43,502 bases of DNA, filler included, from Jimgerdemannia flammicorona (GCA_003990765.1; 2 parts of 2 records of this genome joined end to end with filler, not necessarily neighbours in it); one strand, 5' to 3'. Positions 12,795 through 24,878 are shown, counted from the whole stretch's first letter. The notes: generated by a model not told the origin, from the sequence alone. Program-made: numbers and translations.

Positions 12795-13305
12795 CTATTT
12801 CCTTCTTCCAAATCTGGCTATATCATCATAACTTCCTTCTGAATAGATGACCTCATCCTTGAAGTATCTATTCAAACTCCCAGGCTTCAATGGTCTGTAT
12901 GGTCTTATATTGTGTGATTTGTTGTATTACTGTTTCCCAATGATATTGCCTGACTCAGTTGAAGTCTGAGGGAGTCACTCCTCGCAGGTGGGCTAGTACT
13001 GGTTCATCCTTACAGAATAGCTTATGGATTCTCTTAGCAATGGTAATCTGGGAATAAGAGAGCTGGCATTCTGTGATCCAATTTTCTTTGGTTATTTCTG
13101 GGTCTTGGTTGAGTACTTGGCTAAGTTTGAAGTACTCTTGAAATTCATTTCAATGCTGATAGGCCTTGAAGTGTGAGATCTGAGAGAGGTGAGTCTGCAT
13201 AATGCTTTGGATACTATTATAAGACTCCTCTATGGTTGGAGGCTCAGTGGTATGCCATTGTCTCTCAATGGCTCTTTGGGCAGTACTAGTAATCTTGAGT
13301 GCCAT
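12795..13305 (-). pseudogene. Extra ORF of unknown function between integrase and 3' LTR
   Basis: ATG at 13305, just after the pol stop (13319). Reads MALKITSTAQRAIERQWH...EFQEYFKLSQVL... then, after one frameshift, IAKRIHKLFCKDEPVLAHLRGVTPSDF...; in-frame TGA codons are explicable as CGA>TGA. Confidence 0.5.
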
Positions 13306-15854
13306 TGCAGTACTTTTGTTACTGGTCATGATATTTCTTGAGTCAGTTTTGGTGAATAGTAGTGGAGATTATTGTGCCTGAGGGCTTTCATAGTCAGAAA
13401 GTGGTCTCTTTTATATCTTGCACCAGGTAAGGTCCTTCCCACTTGGGCTCCAGTTTTCATGACCAAGAAGCTTCTACCATGTTCTGGTATACCAGAACTT
13501 TGTCTCCTATCTTAATAATCTCTAGGGGCTTATGGATCTTTTCCACATTGCTCCATTGTAGTGCCTGTGCCTTGATTATGTAATCCTCTGCCTTTTTCCT
13601 AATTTGATGTAATCTCCATATCTCTATGTCCATATGCTTCCAGACTGTATCATTATTTGCTAACAAACTTTCACTAGAACTTTCTTCTCCAAACAGCATC
13701 TCTCAGGGGGTAAAGTGAGTACTTTGTGATCTGATATCCCAGAGAGCGGATAATGCTATTGGCAGATAGTGATCCCAGTTTTCATAGTTATCACAGATCT
13801 TGGCAATAATATTCTTGAGGGTCTTATTGGTCCTTTCTGCTTGTCCATTTCCTTGGAGGTGATAGGCTGTAGTCCGAATGTACTAGATCTTGTACTTCTT
13901 GTAGAAAACCTCAAAGAGCTGGTTCATGAATTCTGTTCCTCTATCTGTAGTTACTTGTATTGGGGTCTTGAACCAGCAGATGATTTCCTTGTAGAAGAAA
14001 TTGGTGATTAACTGTGCATTGGCTTCCTTGAGGAGTCCTGCTTCTATCCACTTTGTAAAAAGATCTATGATGATAATGATATATCAGTTACCAGTCAGGA
14101 TCAAGGATAGAGGGCTGATTACATCCATTGCTATGTAGGCAAATGGTACTGGTTCTATGTGTGCTGATCTCGGGACCTGGTTTCATTGGTCTTGTTTCTA
14201 TTTCTGGCATTTGTCACAGGTTCTGACAAATTGTCTGATATCTTCTTCCATTCCAGGCTACTACATGGTTCTTCTTGCTTTGTCATATGTATTTGTTCCT
14301 CCTACATGGCCTTGTTCATATACTTCTTTCATTACTTGATTCTTCTGGTGCTTGGGGATGACTAATTGTTGTCCTTTCTTGAGTATTTCTCCACCAGTTT
14401 CGAATTGTTTCTATGTCTGATTAATAATTGTTTTTGTCCATTCTTCTAGATGCAGGGGCATCTTTCGCTGCCTCAGGTAGCTGATGATTCTGTAGTACAG
14501 CTCCCTATTCATGGTGATTTTGTGGGGGTGGGGTCCTTTGGGGTATCTGTGAGAGGGCCTCAGTATTGGCATTGGTTCTTTCAGAGTAGTGAGTGATTGT
14601 GGCATCATATGCTTGCAGCTTCATGATCCATCAGGTGTAGATTCCTTTGGGTTCACTGGTGGTGAGCAACCAGGTGAGTGCTGAGTGGTCTGTCTGGATG
14701 GTGAAGTATCTTCCCACCAGATAATAGTGGAACTTCTCTACAGCCCAGATGACTGCAAGACATTCTAGCTTGTATGACTCATAGGACTGCTCTACTTTGT
14801 GAGTACCTCAGCTGAGATAGGCTACTACATACTCAGTGCCATTCTTCTTCTGTACAAGGACAGCTCTAAGTCTCATTGTACTGGCATCTGTCTGTAGAAT
14901 AAATTCTTGTATCCAGTCAGGTCTTCTCAAGATTGGGGCCTGGGTCAGCCTGATCTTGAGTTCATCAAAGACTAGTTGCTGTTGTTGTGTCCACTGGAAC
15001 TTGACCTCTTTTCTGAACAGATCGTAGATAGGGCTGGTAATGTGGGAGAATCTTCAAATAAATCTCCTGTAATAGGATACTAGTCCCATGAAGGCTTGGG
15101 CTTCAGTGACACTGGTAGGTACTGGATATACTGCTACTGCCTTAATCTTTATGGAATCTGTGTGTGTTCCTTCGCAGTTGATGATGTGTCCAAGGTATGC
15201 AATTTCTTCTTCTCCAAATTTGCATTTCTTGGGCTTGATGTAGAGGCCATTTTTGCAAAGTCTTCTGAGGATTTCCTCAATATGTTCCAAGTACTCCTTG
15301 GCTGGCTTCAGGTGTAAGGCCAATTTGGTAGAATCCTGAGAACAGATCCAGAGTGGTGTAAAATTATGATTCATTCTTCAGCATGATAAGAATGTCATCA
15401 ATGTTGGGCAATGATTGTCTATCCTTCTCTATGACCTCATTGAGTCTTCTATAGTCTGTGCAGAGTCTTGGTGCAAATTCTCCTGATCAGCTTCCTTTCT
15501 TTGGTGTAAGGACAATAGGTGAAGACCAAGAGCTGCTGGCTTCCTTGATGATACCAGATTCCTCCATTTCCTTGATTTCAGTCTTAAGCCATTCCCTATA
15601 TGCTGGTGGAATGGGGTGGGCTTTTTGATAGATTGGTTTCGCATCTCCAGTATTGATATCATGATAGTACAAGAGTTTCTTGGTCTTGATGTCCTTGAAA
15701 TCTGTAGCCAGTATATCTTCAAATGTATGCAAGAGGTTCTGCAACTCCTTCCTAAGGGGAAAGTTCTTTCCGATTATATAAGTGTGTTTGTCTTGGCTTT
15801 CCTCCTTCTTGTGCTCCAATTCTGTAATCTTGGTTGCTGCGAGGACTTCTCTTC

Positions 15855-16265
15855 CTATAGAGCCGAATCCAGCTCTTCCTTACTGAGTTTGTCTGATGTT
15901 TGTGACTTCCTTGATTCTTGGGTTAAGGACAGGTAGGATGAGTATTTGTGCTAGCCGATCCTTTTTCTTTATTTCAAATGAGATTATTGGATTATGATTT
16001 CTAGCGAGGAGGAGGATTTCTCCTATATAGTCTGAATCAATGACTCCTCCTTCTATAGATATTTTGCTTTTCACTAAGCTGCTCCTTGTCTTGAGGATTC
16101 CGACATGATTTGGTGGGATGGTTACTTCGATTTCTGTTCCCAGCATAGTAGTGGTTTGCGGTTTGAGGATTGTGTGTATTGTGGTAGATAGGTCTATTCC
16201 TGCTGTATTCTCTAATTTGTACTATAGCAAGACTGCATCGGGGTAGATTCTTCATATCTTGACTG
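15855..16265 (-). pseudogene. dut: Trimeric dUTPase domain between protease and RT of the Gypsy pol
   Basis: All five dUTPase motifs are recognisable: AGIDL, KTRSSL, GGVIDSDYIGEI, DRLAQIL, (R>*)GRAGFGS. Confidence 0.9.
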
Positions 16266-18311
16266 TGATGTCTTTTTCATCATTGCTGTCATTCAATAGC
16301 TCTGGTGGTCCATCTTCTGGTTCCTCCTGGTTTTTCTTTGGCTTATTGGAGATCTTTTTCACTTTGATGATGCAGGAGTAGCAGCAATCCAAGTGCTGGG
16401 CATAGTATATTCTTTCACCATGGGGGTACCTTCCTAGTGGAGCATATCTGTCTGCAATCCTTTTGTACCATTCTTCCTCTGTCTACTGCTTATCTTTTCC
16501 TTTCTTTATGGTAACCATGTAGGCTTCTTCTTCTTGCTCTTCCCCTATTTCTGGGCAGACTCCTTTGTGGATATTGATGGGAATTCTGATCTTCTTTCCC
16601 TGGTAGATGATTTGCATCTTCTGTGCACTAAGATCGATCATTGCCTTGGCTTTGTGAAGCTATTAATTGCTAATGAGGATATCATAGTTGGTTGCATTAG
16701 TGATGATGACATCTATCAAGATGGTGGCTTCTCCAAACTTGATAGATACATCCCAGATCTTTCTCAGAGGTGTTGCTCATGTTCCATCAGCTGTAACAAA
16801 CACCAATTTGGTGGCTTCTTCTATCTCCCAGCCTAGGTGGTCTACTGCTTTCTTAGTGATGAGACATCTTCCTGCTCCCATATTGATGATGGCTTCAAAG
16901 ACTTGGTCCTCAATCTGGCAGGTAGCATAGGTAGAGGTTTTGCAATTGTCTTCACTTTCTTCTCCTGAGTCCTCTTGAACATTATTGGCCTTGGTTATCT
17001 TCCATCCTTGCTCCTTGGTTGTTTCAGCAAGTCTGAACCTTATTTGTTATCTGAATGTTGGGATTTCTGCGAGCTGACCAAAGGTTGCATTGATCTTTTG
17101 TTAGCTAAGGTCCTTGAAGATATTATACTTGAAAGTTTTGGTCTTGCAAAGTTTCTTTTCTTTTTCTCCTTCACTGGCTGGGGTAGTTCCTCAGATAATA
17201 TCTTGAACTGCTTGTTCCAGCTCCATATCTTGGTCCATCTCTTCAGCTTGGCTTTTGGTAGCCATTTCTATCTGCTTTTCTACTGGGTTCTTCTTGGGTC
17301 TTCCTGGTGGTCTCTTGTAGGGTTCCTTGTGAACATCCTTCTTGGTAGTCTGAGCAGGATAGGCCTCCCATTCTTCTTTATCAGAATCTCCAATTTTCTC
17401 GAAGGTAATTGTATTGGCCTGCTCCTTGTTTCATGTAGCATTGCTTGGTTGAGCCTTGCACTTAGTTTTACTCATACATTCATAGGAGTAGTGGCCTTCT
17501 TCTTCACAAGTATAGCAGGTATCTTTCTTCTTGTCTGAGGTGGCAGCAAACTTCTGGACAGAGCAGCGGTCTCTTCCTCTGATCTCCTTTACTATATCCC
17601 CCAAGTGGGCAGTCATTTCCACAAACCTCTTGGTAAGTTCCTCCAAAGGGTCACTGTTCTTTTGCTGCTCTGTAGCTTTGGGCTAAGGTGTGTTTCAATT
17701 GATCATTGTGGTGGAGATCACACTGGTTGACTTAGGTGCCTCGATTCTGACTCCTGTAACTCTCTCCATTGTATGGTCTTGTGAATGTCTGGCTATCCAG
17801 TATCGCTGAGTATAGGTGACCTTTTGTGGCAGATTCAGAATCACTAGTGATGAGTGGATAGCCATGGCTATTTCTGGATGGACTCCTTTCATGAAGGTTG
17901 CTTCAGCTACTTGATCTTAGATAGTAGCAGCATAATCTGTAAGGACTATCTGATATCGAATTCTGGTATAGAATGTGTTTGGATCCTTGCTCATTCCTTA
18001 GCATATTGTATTGAGCTGATCCTTCAGAGCTTGCTTGATCTCATCTGTATAATATGTATTTCGGAGCCAGATCTTCTGTGCTGTCAGTATAGCATCAGCA
18101 TCATTTTCTGCATGGGTTGTATGTGAATGCTGCTCTGGCAGGACCTCATAGGCTGAAGGGTATGAGAGCTACTTACTGTACTGCTGTCAGGGTCCTTACA
18201 GTGGCATACTGCTTGAAATCAATGAAGGTAATGATTGATTCATTTGAGGTATATCCATAGAATACTGGTGGTCTCATATCCATCTTGTCTGAGTATTGGG
18301 GCTCAGTTTGT

Positions 18312-19720
18312 AAATGGGTTAATGTTATATAATTATTACTTTATAAATTTATTATAATTTAAATATAAATATTATTAAATTGATATTTTAGCCAATAATA
18401 AAGTAATTATATATCTTTTAGAAAATATAAAATTTATCTATATTTGGTTAATTAAATACATAGTTATTACTATTTAAAGTTAAATTAATCATTGGCTCAT
18501 TTTTGTCCCTCACTGTTGTCTTAATGTTATTTATGTCATAATTTATTTTATAATAAAGCTAAATATTTAAATTTTTTTCCATATATTTATTTTGATATCC
18601 TCTATCTCTCTATACCATTTTAACTTCTTTTAAATGATGAAAAAGTTGTCTACTGATATCTGAAACTATATTATCAGTAAGTTGAAGTCTGGCAAGAAAA
18701 ACTAACAGATTGTATAACAAATAGGGGTTGGTATGGTAACCATAAAATATATATGAATGGCAGAGTGCATTAATGTTGAAAAGCATATGAAACAAGGCCA
18801 CCCGCATAAGCTTTCCATTCACAATGAGGTATGGGTCATTCGTCAATGAGGCATGAGTCATTTGTCAGATGATGATGGGCAAGGCAGATACAGCGAAACA
18901 ACTTAAAGATGACAGCAAAGACAATGGCTTAGCATTAGTCCTATGACAATCACCTATTGGATGCCGTGGTACGTCATATACTGCTAAACAATTACTGAAC
19001 TACTCACGTGAAGTAACTCAAGCATTTTTCCTGGTTTTTTTTTTCATACAAATGCCATTGTTATAGGGCTAAATGCTAATGCACATTTTGCTATCATCTT
19101 TGTCATCATCTTTAAGTTGTTTCACCATTATCTGTCTTGCCTGTCATCACCTAACAAATGACCTATGCCTCATTAATAAATGACCCATACCTCATTGCGA
19201 ATGGAAAGCTTATGCAGATGGCCTCATTTCATATACTTTTCAACATCAACGTACTCTACTATTCATATACATTTCATAGTTACCATACCAACCCCTATTT
19301 ATTATGTAATTTGTTGGTTTTTTTTGCCAGACTTCAACTCACTAATGATATGGTTTCAGATATCAGTAGACAACCTTTTCATTATTTAAAAGAAGTTAAA
19401 ATGGTATAGAGAGGTAGAGAATATCAAAATAAATATATAGAAAAAAATTTAAATATTTAGCTTTATTATAAAATAAATTATGGTATAAAGAATGTTAAGA
19501 TAATAGTGAGGGACAAAAATAGGCCAATGATTAATTTAACTTTAAATAGTAATAACTATATAATTAATTAACCAAATATAGATAAATTTTATATTTTCTA
19601 AAAGATATATAATTATTTTATTATTGGTTAAAATATCAATTTAATAATATTTATATTTAAATTATAATAAATTTATAAAGTAATAATTATATAATATTGG
19701 CCCATTTTTGTCCCTCACTG
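18312..19720. mobile_element. Foldback / non-autonomous TIR element with ~650-bp inverted arms and Tc1/mariner-like CAGTG...CACTG-TA end
   Basis: 18312-~18963 is the reverse complement of ~19045-19707, with an ~80-bp spacer. The right end attggcccatttttgtccctcactg is followed by TA. The first ~13 bp of the left end are missing. Confidence 0.85.
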
Positions 19721-20315
19721 TAACAGCAAAACTCTGCCAATATTGGGAAAAGCTTCCAACTGCAATATATCTGGTAACAATACTCTGTCTATATAAAAAA
19801 ACACAGTCACTAATTTACCAAGTTGATATAAAAACAACTGTTAACAAACTCACCAAAATATATACCAATCTTCTCAAATGTTATGCAAAAATCTATGCTA
19901 ACAACCATATGATAGCAATAAAAAATAATACATCTTCATCTGTTATACCAAAGAAATGAAAGCCTGATGTCTCTGCTTAAGAGAAATTTACAGAAAAAAC
20001 TACTTTATTATTAGAGAGTCTGCTAGACTTATCTCAAAAACTGATATTTACAACTCTGATAATAAAGTTATTTTATATACTAATACAACAGTATTATGTA
20101 ATAGTAATCAGTCTCATATATTAGAGTGGTGGAAAATCCATAAAGTAGAGTTTCCAATACTTACAAGTATGGTATATAATTAGCTTATTATTGTAGTAAT
20201 AAGTATGTCTTATAAATCTCTTTTTTCAATTACTAGTAATACTATTATAAAAAATTATAATTGATTAAGTCTACAAACAGCAAAAGCCCTTCTATGTTTA
20301 AAGTTATAATATGGC
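19721..20315 (+). pseudogene. hAT transposase C-terminus including the dimerisation domain
   Basis: KLCQYWEKLPTAIYLVTILCLYKK, then ILEWWKIHKVEFPILTSM...SLFSITSNTI...LSLQTAKALLCLK (~20118-20305). Confidence 0.85.
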
Positions 20316-20354
20316 TTTAACTCTGAATTATTATAATATATTTTTATCAAAATT

Positions 20355-20425
<71 letters not shown>

Positions 20426-21490
20426 ATATCTGCTAAGTAGTATCTTTTTATTTAACAATTCCAAATCCTAGATTTTTCTACAGCATCACATCTATCTCTG
20501 CTCTCAGAAACATAAGAGTTCTATACTTACTGAAATTATAGAATCTACTATATCAAAATTATTAATATTTCAATTTTCATTTTTCTATATTATTTTTATT
20601 TTATATTTTCTATAATTATATACTCCAGCAATATGTCTGAATAAATAATAGTTCAAAACTTTGTAAAATCAACCTATTTTCCAAATAGTTTGCTATCTTT
20701 TGATAAATCAGTATTCTTTTGATATAGAAAGTAGCTAAAGCTACTTATAATATGAAATATTCCTATATGCTAAGAGATGTATTCTATTTAGTTTTGTCTC
20801 ATTTTTAGTTACTATTTAGTTTACTCAGATTTAGAGAGTGTATATCAAAAGTGAGATATACTATATAGTAGTTTTTTTTATAATTGTCATTTTTTTCATT
20901 ACTATTGGTATATAGTTTATATAGCTCAATATACTACTTAATAACTATTAGATAATTATTACCTAATATTTAAGACAAAAGTAGTAGGATGTTTTTATGA
21001 ATATTACAGATATTTGATTTGTAGAAGTCATATAACCTTAGAAATTCAGATAAAGTATGGTATTTGGTTATTAAAAGTGTATATATGGAAAATATATGAT
21101 ATTATCTAATTTTGTATTTCTGATGGATATAGAATGGTCTGATGAGTGTAAGACAGTCTCTAGCTTATTTACCTAAATTTGGGTATAGAAGAGATAGTTA
21201 CCTGATTATCAGTTTTGAGTTCTTATAAATTAAATATAGTGTTATTAAGAGTTTGAATACTAATTTCTAAATTTCCAAAAGCAGTATAGTTCTTTATATA
21301 TGTAGATAATATAATTAAATAGAGTAATTTTCTTCTATCTGCTACAGGAAAATATATAGATATATAGAAATTATTATTAAACTAAGTTTTCAGTCTAATA
21401 GCTTATTGGGCCAGCCCAGGTCAGTCAGGCTCAGTCTGTGATTGAGCCCAGCCTAGCTCAGCCCAGCCTGCTAATATACTTATTCTAGGG

Positions 21491-21700
21491 TCACTATAGG
21501 AGTCACTTTCTTCTCTTCTATCTAAGCACTAGCTCTTAATTCAACTTCTTTAGTAGTAATCTCTCTCTCTATCCTCTTTCTCAGATTTACTAACAAATCT
21601 TTCTGATGCTGTCTCCCTTATATCCTCTCCCAGATAGTCTGATCTAATTATACTCTATCACTACTACTCCCAGGAGTCTCTTTACTAGATCTTATATCTT
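21491..21700 (-). mobile_element. Probable continuation of the outer LINE ORF1 beyond the hAT insertion
   Basis: Follows the hAT TSD and has the same pyrimidine-rich, CpG-free plus-strand composition as 8200-8827. No diagnostic motif seen. Confidence 0.5.
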
Positions 21701-21706
21701 TTTTTT

Positions 21707-21806
21707 NNNNNNNNNNNNNNNNNNNNNNNNNNNNNNNNNNNNNNNNNNNNTTAATTAATTAANNNNNNNNNNNNNNNNNNNNNNNNNNNNNNNNNNNNNN
21801 NNNNNN
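21707..21806. other. Artificial contig-joining linker (44 N + TTAATTAATTAA + 44 N)
   Basis: Exactly 100 bp with a six-frame stop cassette in the middle. Composition changes abruptly across it. Confidence 0.97.
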
Positions 21807-24571
21807 AAAAAAAAAAAAAAAAAAAAAAAAAGAACCGCATCTTGGCATCGGCAAACGATCTCACACCGGACGAGGCGACAACGATCAAGGTGCATATCAC
21901 ACTTATCAAAGGCACACCATCGGCCAAGGTGTGATCAGGCCAGTGTAAAATCCAGAGAAGACGGCATTTCTGATTGTATACGACGAAAATATCATGGAAT
22001 TTCATTTGGGTGACGAAAAGGGTGAAGCCGCCAACATCACCAATTTTCTCCGCCTAGTGATATATATCCAGGAAGTCGTTTGCCGCGACGGGTTGGCAAC
22101 CGAGAATTTCATGAAGAGAAAGCCAACTTCCCGTAGAAGCGTCTACCAATATTTACACCGCATGCCAAGAGAACGAATTTCGTATACAAGTATGTGTGTG
22201 AGATTTCTGTTTTCGTGATGTGTTGATGTTCCCTTTCATAACTTTTATTTTATGGAACAAGAAAACACCTATCTCCGACCTGAGCTCCCCGAGGCGTCGT
22301 TCGTCTTAGGAATTCGGCGGTGAAGTCTCATGCAAGATATATACCAATTTCCGGCTCCATTCGACAAAGGGATACGCGTTTTTACTCCATCATACACTTT
22401 TTTCCCACTTAGCTCACATTCCACTTAGCTGGTGCATTCTTAACTTTGCCCCGCCGGCTTCACCTCACCGAAATTCGCTTCCCTCCCTCCTCCAACTCTC
22501 TATTTAGTGCGGGCCAGGTCTTTCTGCAGGCCCCTTTTTTCGTTCTACATCCCAAATAATAGACATATGGTCCACATGCATAAAACGATCTGTTGAAAAA
22601 CACGAACTCGAAATCACGAACCACTCCCGCTCTCATCTTGTCCTCGAAAAAGCGAAAGAGGCGACGTCATGTTTTCGATTTTATCGAAAACCTCGAGATG
22701 TAGGTGCCGATGGAATAATGAGCGATGTGGCTACTGGATTTCGTGCGCTGTTTGACGTCTTGCAGTATGACCTATTGCCATGTCGTGACCATCAAAGTTA
22801 CTTGAAATCCAAAGTTTGGGTGACAATATTTACAAAGGCATCCAGATGCTCCCAAGTTTTCCGAAATACCGGCATTTAATCAAGAGAACTTGTGAGCACC
22901 ACCACTTGCTCTAGGTGATGGTGGGTGGGGCTCCGCAAAATCCCATTTTGCTGCCATTAATTTAGCGGAGGCAAATTACAAGGGGGGCAGCAGTGTAGAT
23001 TGGCTCAAGCCCCCAGCTACTTTGTCAAAAAGTAACAAAATGTTCAATGGTTTGTCTCAACAAATCTTCAGACTTACTCTAGTAAGCAGACCAAAATATC
23101 TTAAACTAGTGAAGTCCTTCCTTAGAACTTGGCAGCAAATCCTTTGGTGGACCAGAGTAGAATTCAGGTGAAAAAAGCTCCCAATCTCCTTCAACCAAAA
23201 CGGATCCGCATCCATATAAAACAATTTTTCATTCAATCTTACTGAAGCGTCCAAAGGAGGAAAGCAATCACGCTCCAACATACTTCACACCAAGAGGATC
23301 AAAAAGAAGCAAAAAACGAACACCCCATGAGGGAAACTGTCGTGATTTTTATTTATTTTATATATAGATGTTTTGTACGTGAATATAATAAATACACGGA
23401 ATGATGCTTATTACTTCACAGCGACTTTTTCGAGGCTGTCGTTTTGATTTCAAGACCCGTGCTCAGTAATACTGTATGACAAAAATCGGAATCCGAACAG
23501 ACGGGACAGGATCACGATCGATCATGTCCCGATCGGGATGACGTGCCGATCGGACATATCAAATTCTCCGAGGCGGCCTTGAGCCAAGACAGCATATATA
23601 CATGAAATCGTGGTCCTTGAGTGATATGTGCCGAAACATCTTGCAAAACGGTGGTTGCTTTTCTACTATGCTTTTTTCTGTATATTAGAGTAGCATCCAG
23701 ACAGTTCTGTCGCGAGGTCGTCGTTAGCATGTGTCCTTTGCCAAGGTTGGTTTGAATTGGTTTGTAGTTGACACAGCATTCTTGAACTTGGAACTCGCCT
23801 TTAAAAGGTGGTCCTTCAGCATGTTGTCCCCCTCCATATGAACCAATTAGACGAAGAAGAAACAAACCGAATAATTTTCCCGACGATCTGTATCACTCCA
23901 GTCACATGTAATTTTTTTTTATTTGCGCACGGACCAGGGGTTGCATAAATCGCACTGTCGATCTTGTATATACCAACCTAAAACTTATTGAGATTTTGAC
24001 GTCATGCTATGTGATACTTGACACTGGAATTGTTGCGGCCCAAGAGGAGGCCAGGTTTTCCGACACGGAGAACACCGGTCTTGTTGTCCTGAACGCAATG
24101 ATGTGTACTGGATCGCCCTTGTTGAATATTTTTCATGCGCATCGTGCGCAATTATAAGGGAAGAAGTGCCATCGCCGAAACATGCTGTCCTCTTGTTGTA
24201 GGCAGTGCCAATTGCCGTCTATGTGGGAATGCATTTGTTTTCATGGCAGCGGGTTAGAGGATAAAGTCATGGTCTTTGAACGTTGGCTCCTTGTTAGTGA
24301 TGGTGTGCACTTGGTCTAATGCTCAAGATTAATTTGGCGGGTCAAACTTCGTTTATCAGATGTGTTGACATCCTAACTGGTGTGTGTCACTTTTCAAATG
24401 GCATTGGTTGAACTACGTTCATCGCAATCAATATCAATGGTTTCATCACGACATTACGGTAAGAGATAGGATGCGTGATTGGTGCGGTCAATGATATTTA
24501 AAGGAATTATTTATTTACATAATATACAGAGGCCCAAAGTATAAATAAAAGACATGTATTCGCCGCATTAT

Positions 24572-24878
24572 TCACCCTCGCGCGCGATTTAACCACTCCA
24601 CAACCTGAGGTCCGGCCTCCTCTACTCCACCTTCCTGTGCGGATAGTGGCCAACACCAACGTGATCACCTCAACCTGCAGAATTTTGGCCTTACGTCCCC
24701 GAAATCTACGGCCTTGGAACGCAATCACCGGTACCTTGATCTCGGCAACACGCACGCCAAGAGGCTTCACCAAAATCATCCCGCCCAACGCCCTCCCGCC
24801 GGGCCTCTGCAAGTTTGCGCGCGACTCAGCGATGTACGCCTCCTCGACAGGCACAGCGACTTGATAGGATATGTCACC
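24572..24878 (-). pseudogene. Frameshifted C-terminal fragment of an alpha/beta-hydrolase
   Basis: Across frameshifts: EAYIAESRANLQRPGG...EIKVPVIAFQG / DFGD / VGVGHYPH (24637-24660, catalytic His motif) / EEAGPQVVEWLNRARG*. No N-terminal nucleophile elbow found. Confidence 0.55.

Larger units (their letters stand above)
12382..18311 (-). mobile_element. Ty3/Gypsy LTR retrotransposon (gag-PR-dUTPase-RT-RNaseH-IN-extra ORF-3'LTR), 5' LTR lost, inactivated
   Basis: gag: MDMRPPVFYG (18283) and CYTCEEEGHYSYEC knuckle (~17477-17518). PR: II(D>N)(T>M)GAG (~16885). RT: SSWSSPIVL, YTTLDLFSGFYQI, KPKKCKF, YLGH. RNaseH: LQTDAS, LECLAVIWAV, TDHSAL. IN: HH-CC finger, DDE core, WEGPY. RT-RH-IN order is Gypsy. 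Confidence 0.92.
8828..21482 (+). mobile_element. Degenerate hAT DNA transposon, interrupted by three nested insertions
   Basis: 8-bp TSD tcctaggg (8820-8827) / ttctaggg (21483-21490). Decayed GC-rich subterminal repeats (gggct/agccc) at 8843-8990 and 21405-21470. Transposase motifs appear in order across the region. TIRs are weakly conserved. Confidence 0.8.

Noticed and set aside
18610..19409. Twin 83-aa divergent ORFs
   Set aside because: Mirror images produced by the inverted repeat; no recognisable domain.
20357..20421. Long poly-T (and poly-A 9599-9625) as further retroposon tails
   Set aside because: No TSD or attached element identified; homopolymer lengths may also be unreliable.
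21751..22330. ORFs 21751-22005 and 21994-22218
   Set aside because: The first runs through the linker and poly(A). The second may be a decayed exon (GTATGT donor nearby), but I recognise no homology.
22550..23865. Possible gene remnants (ORFs 23057-23281, 23512-23865)
   Set aside because: Short, interrupted, and no recognisable motif.
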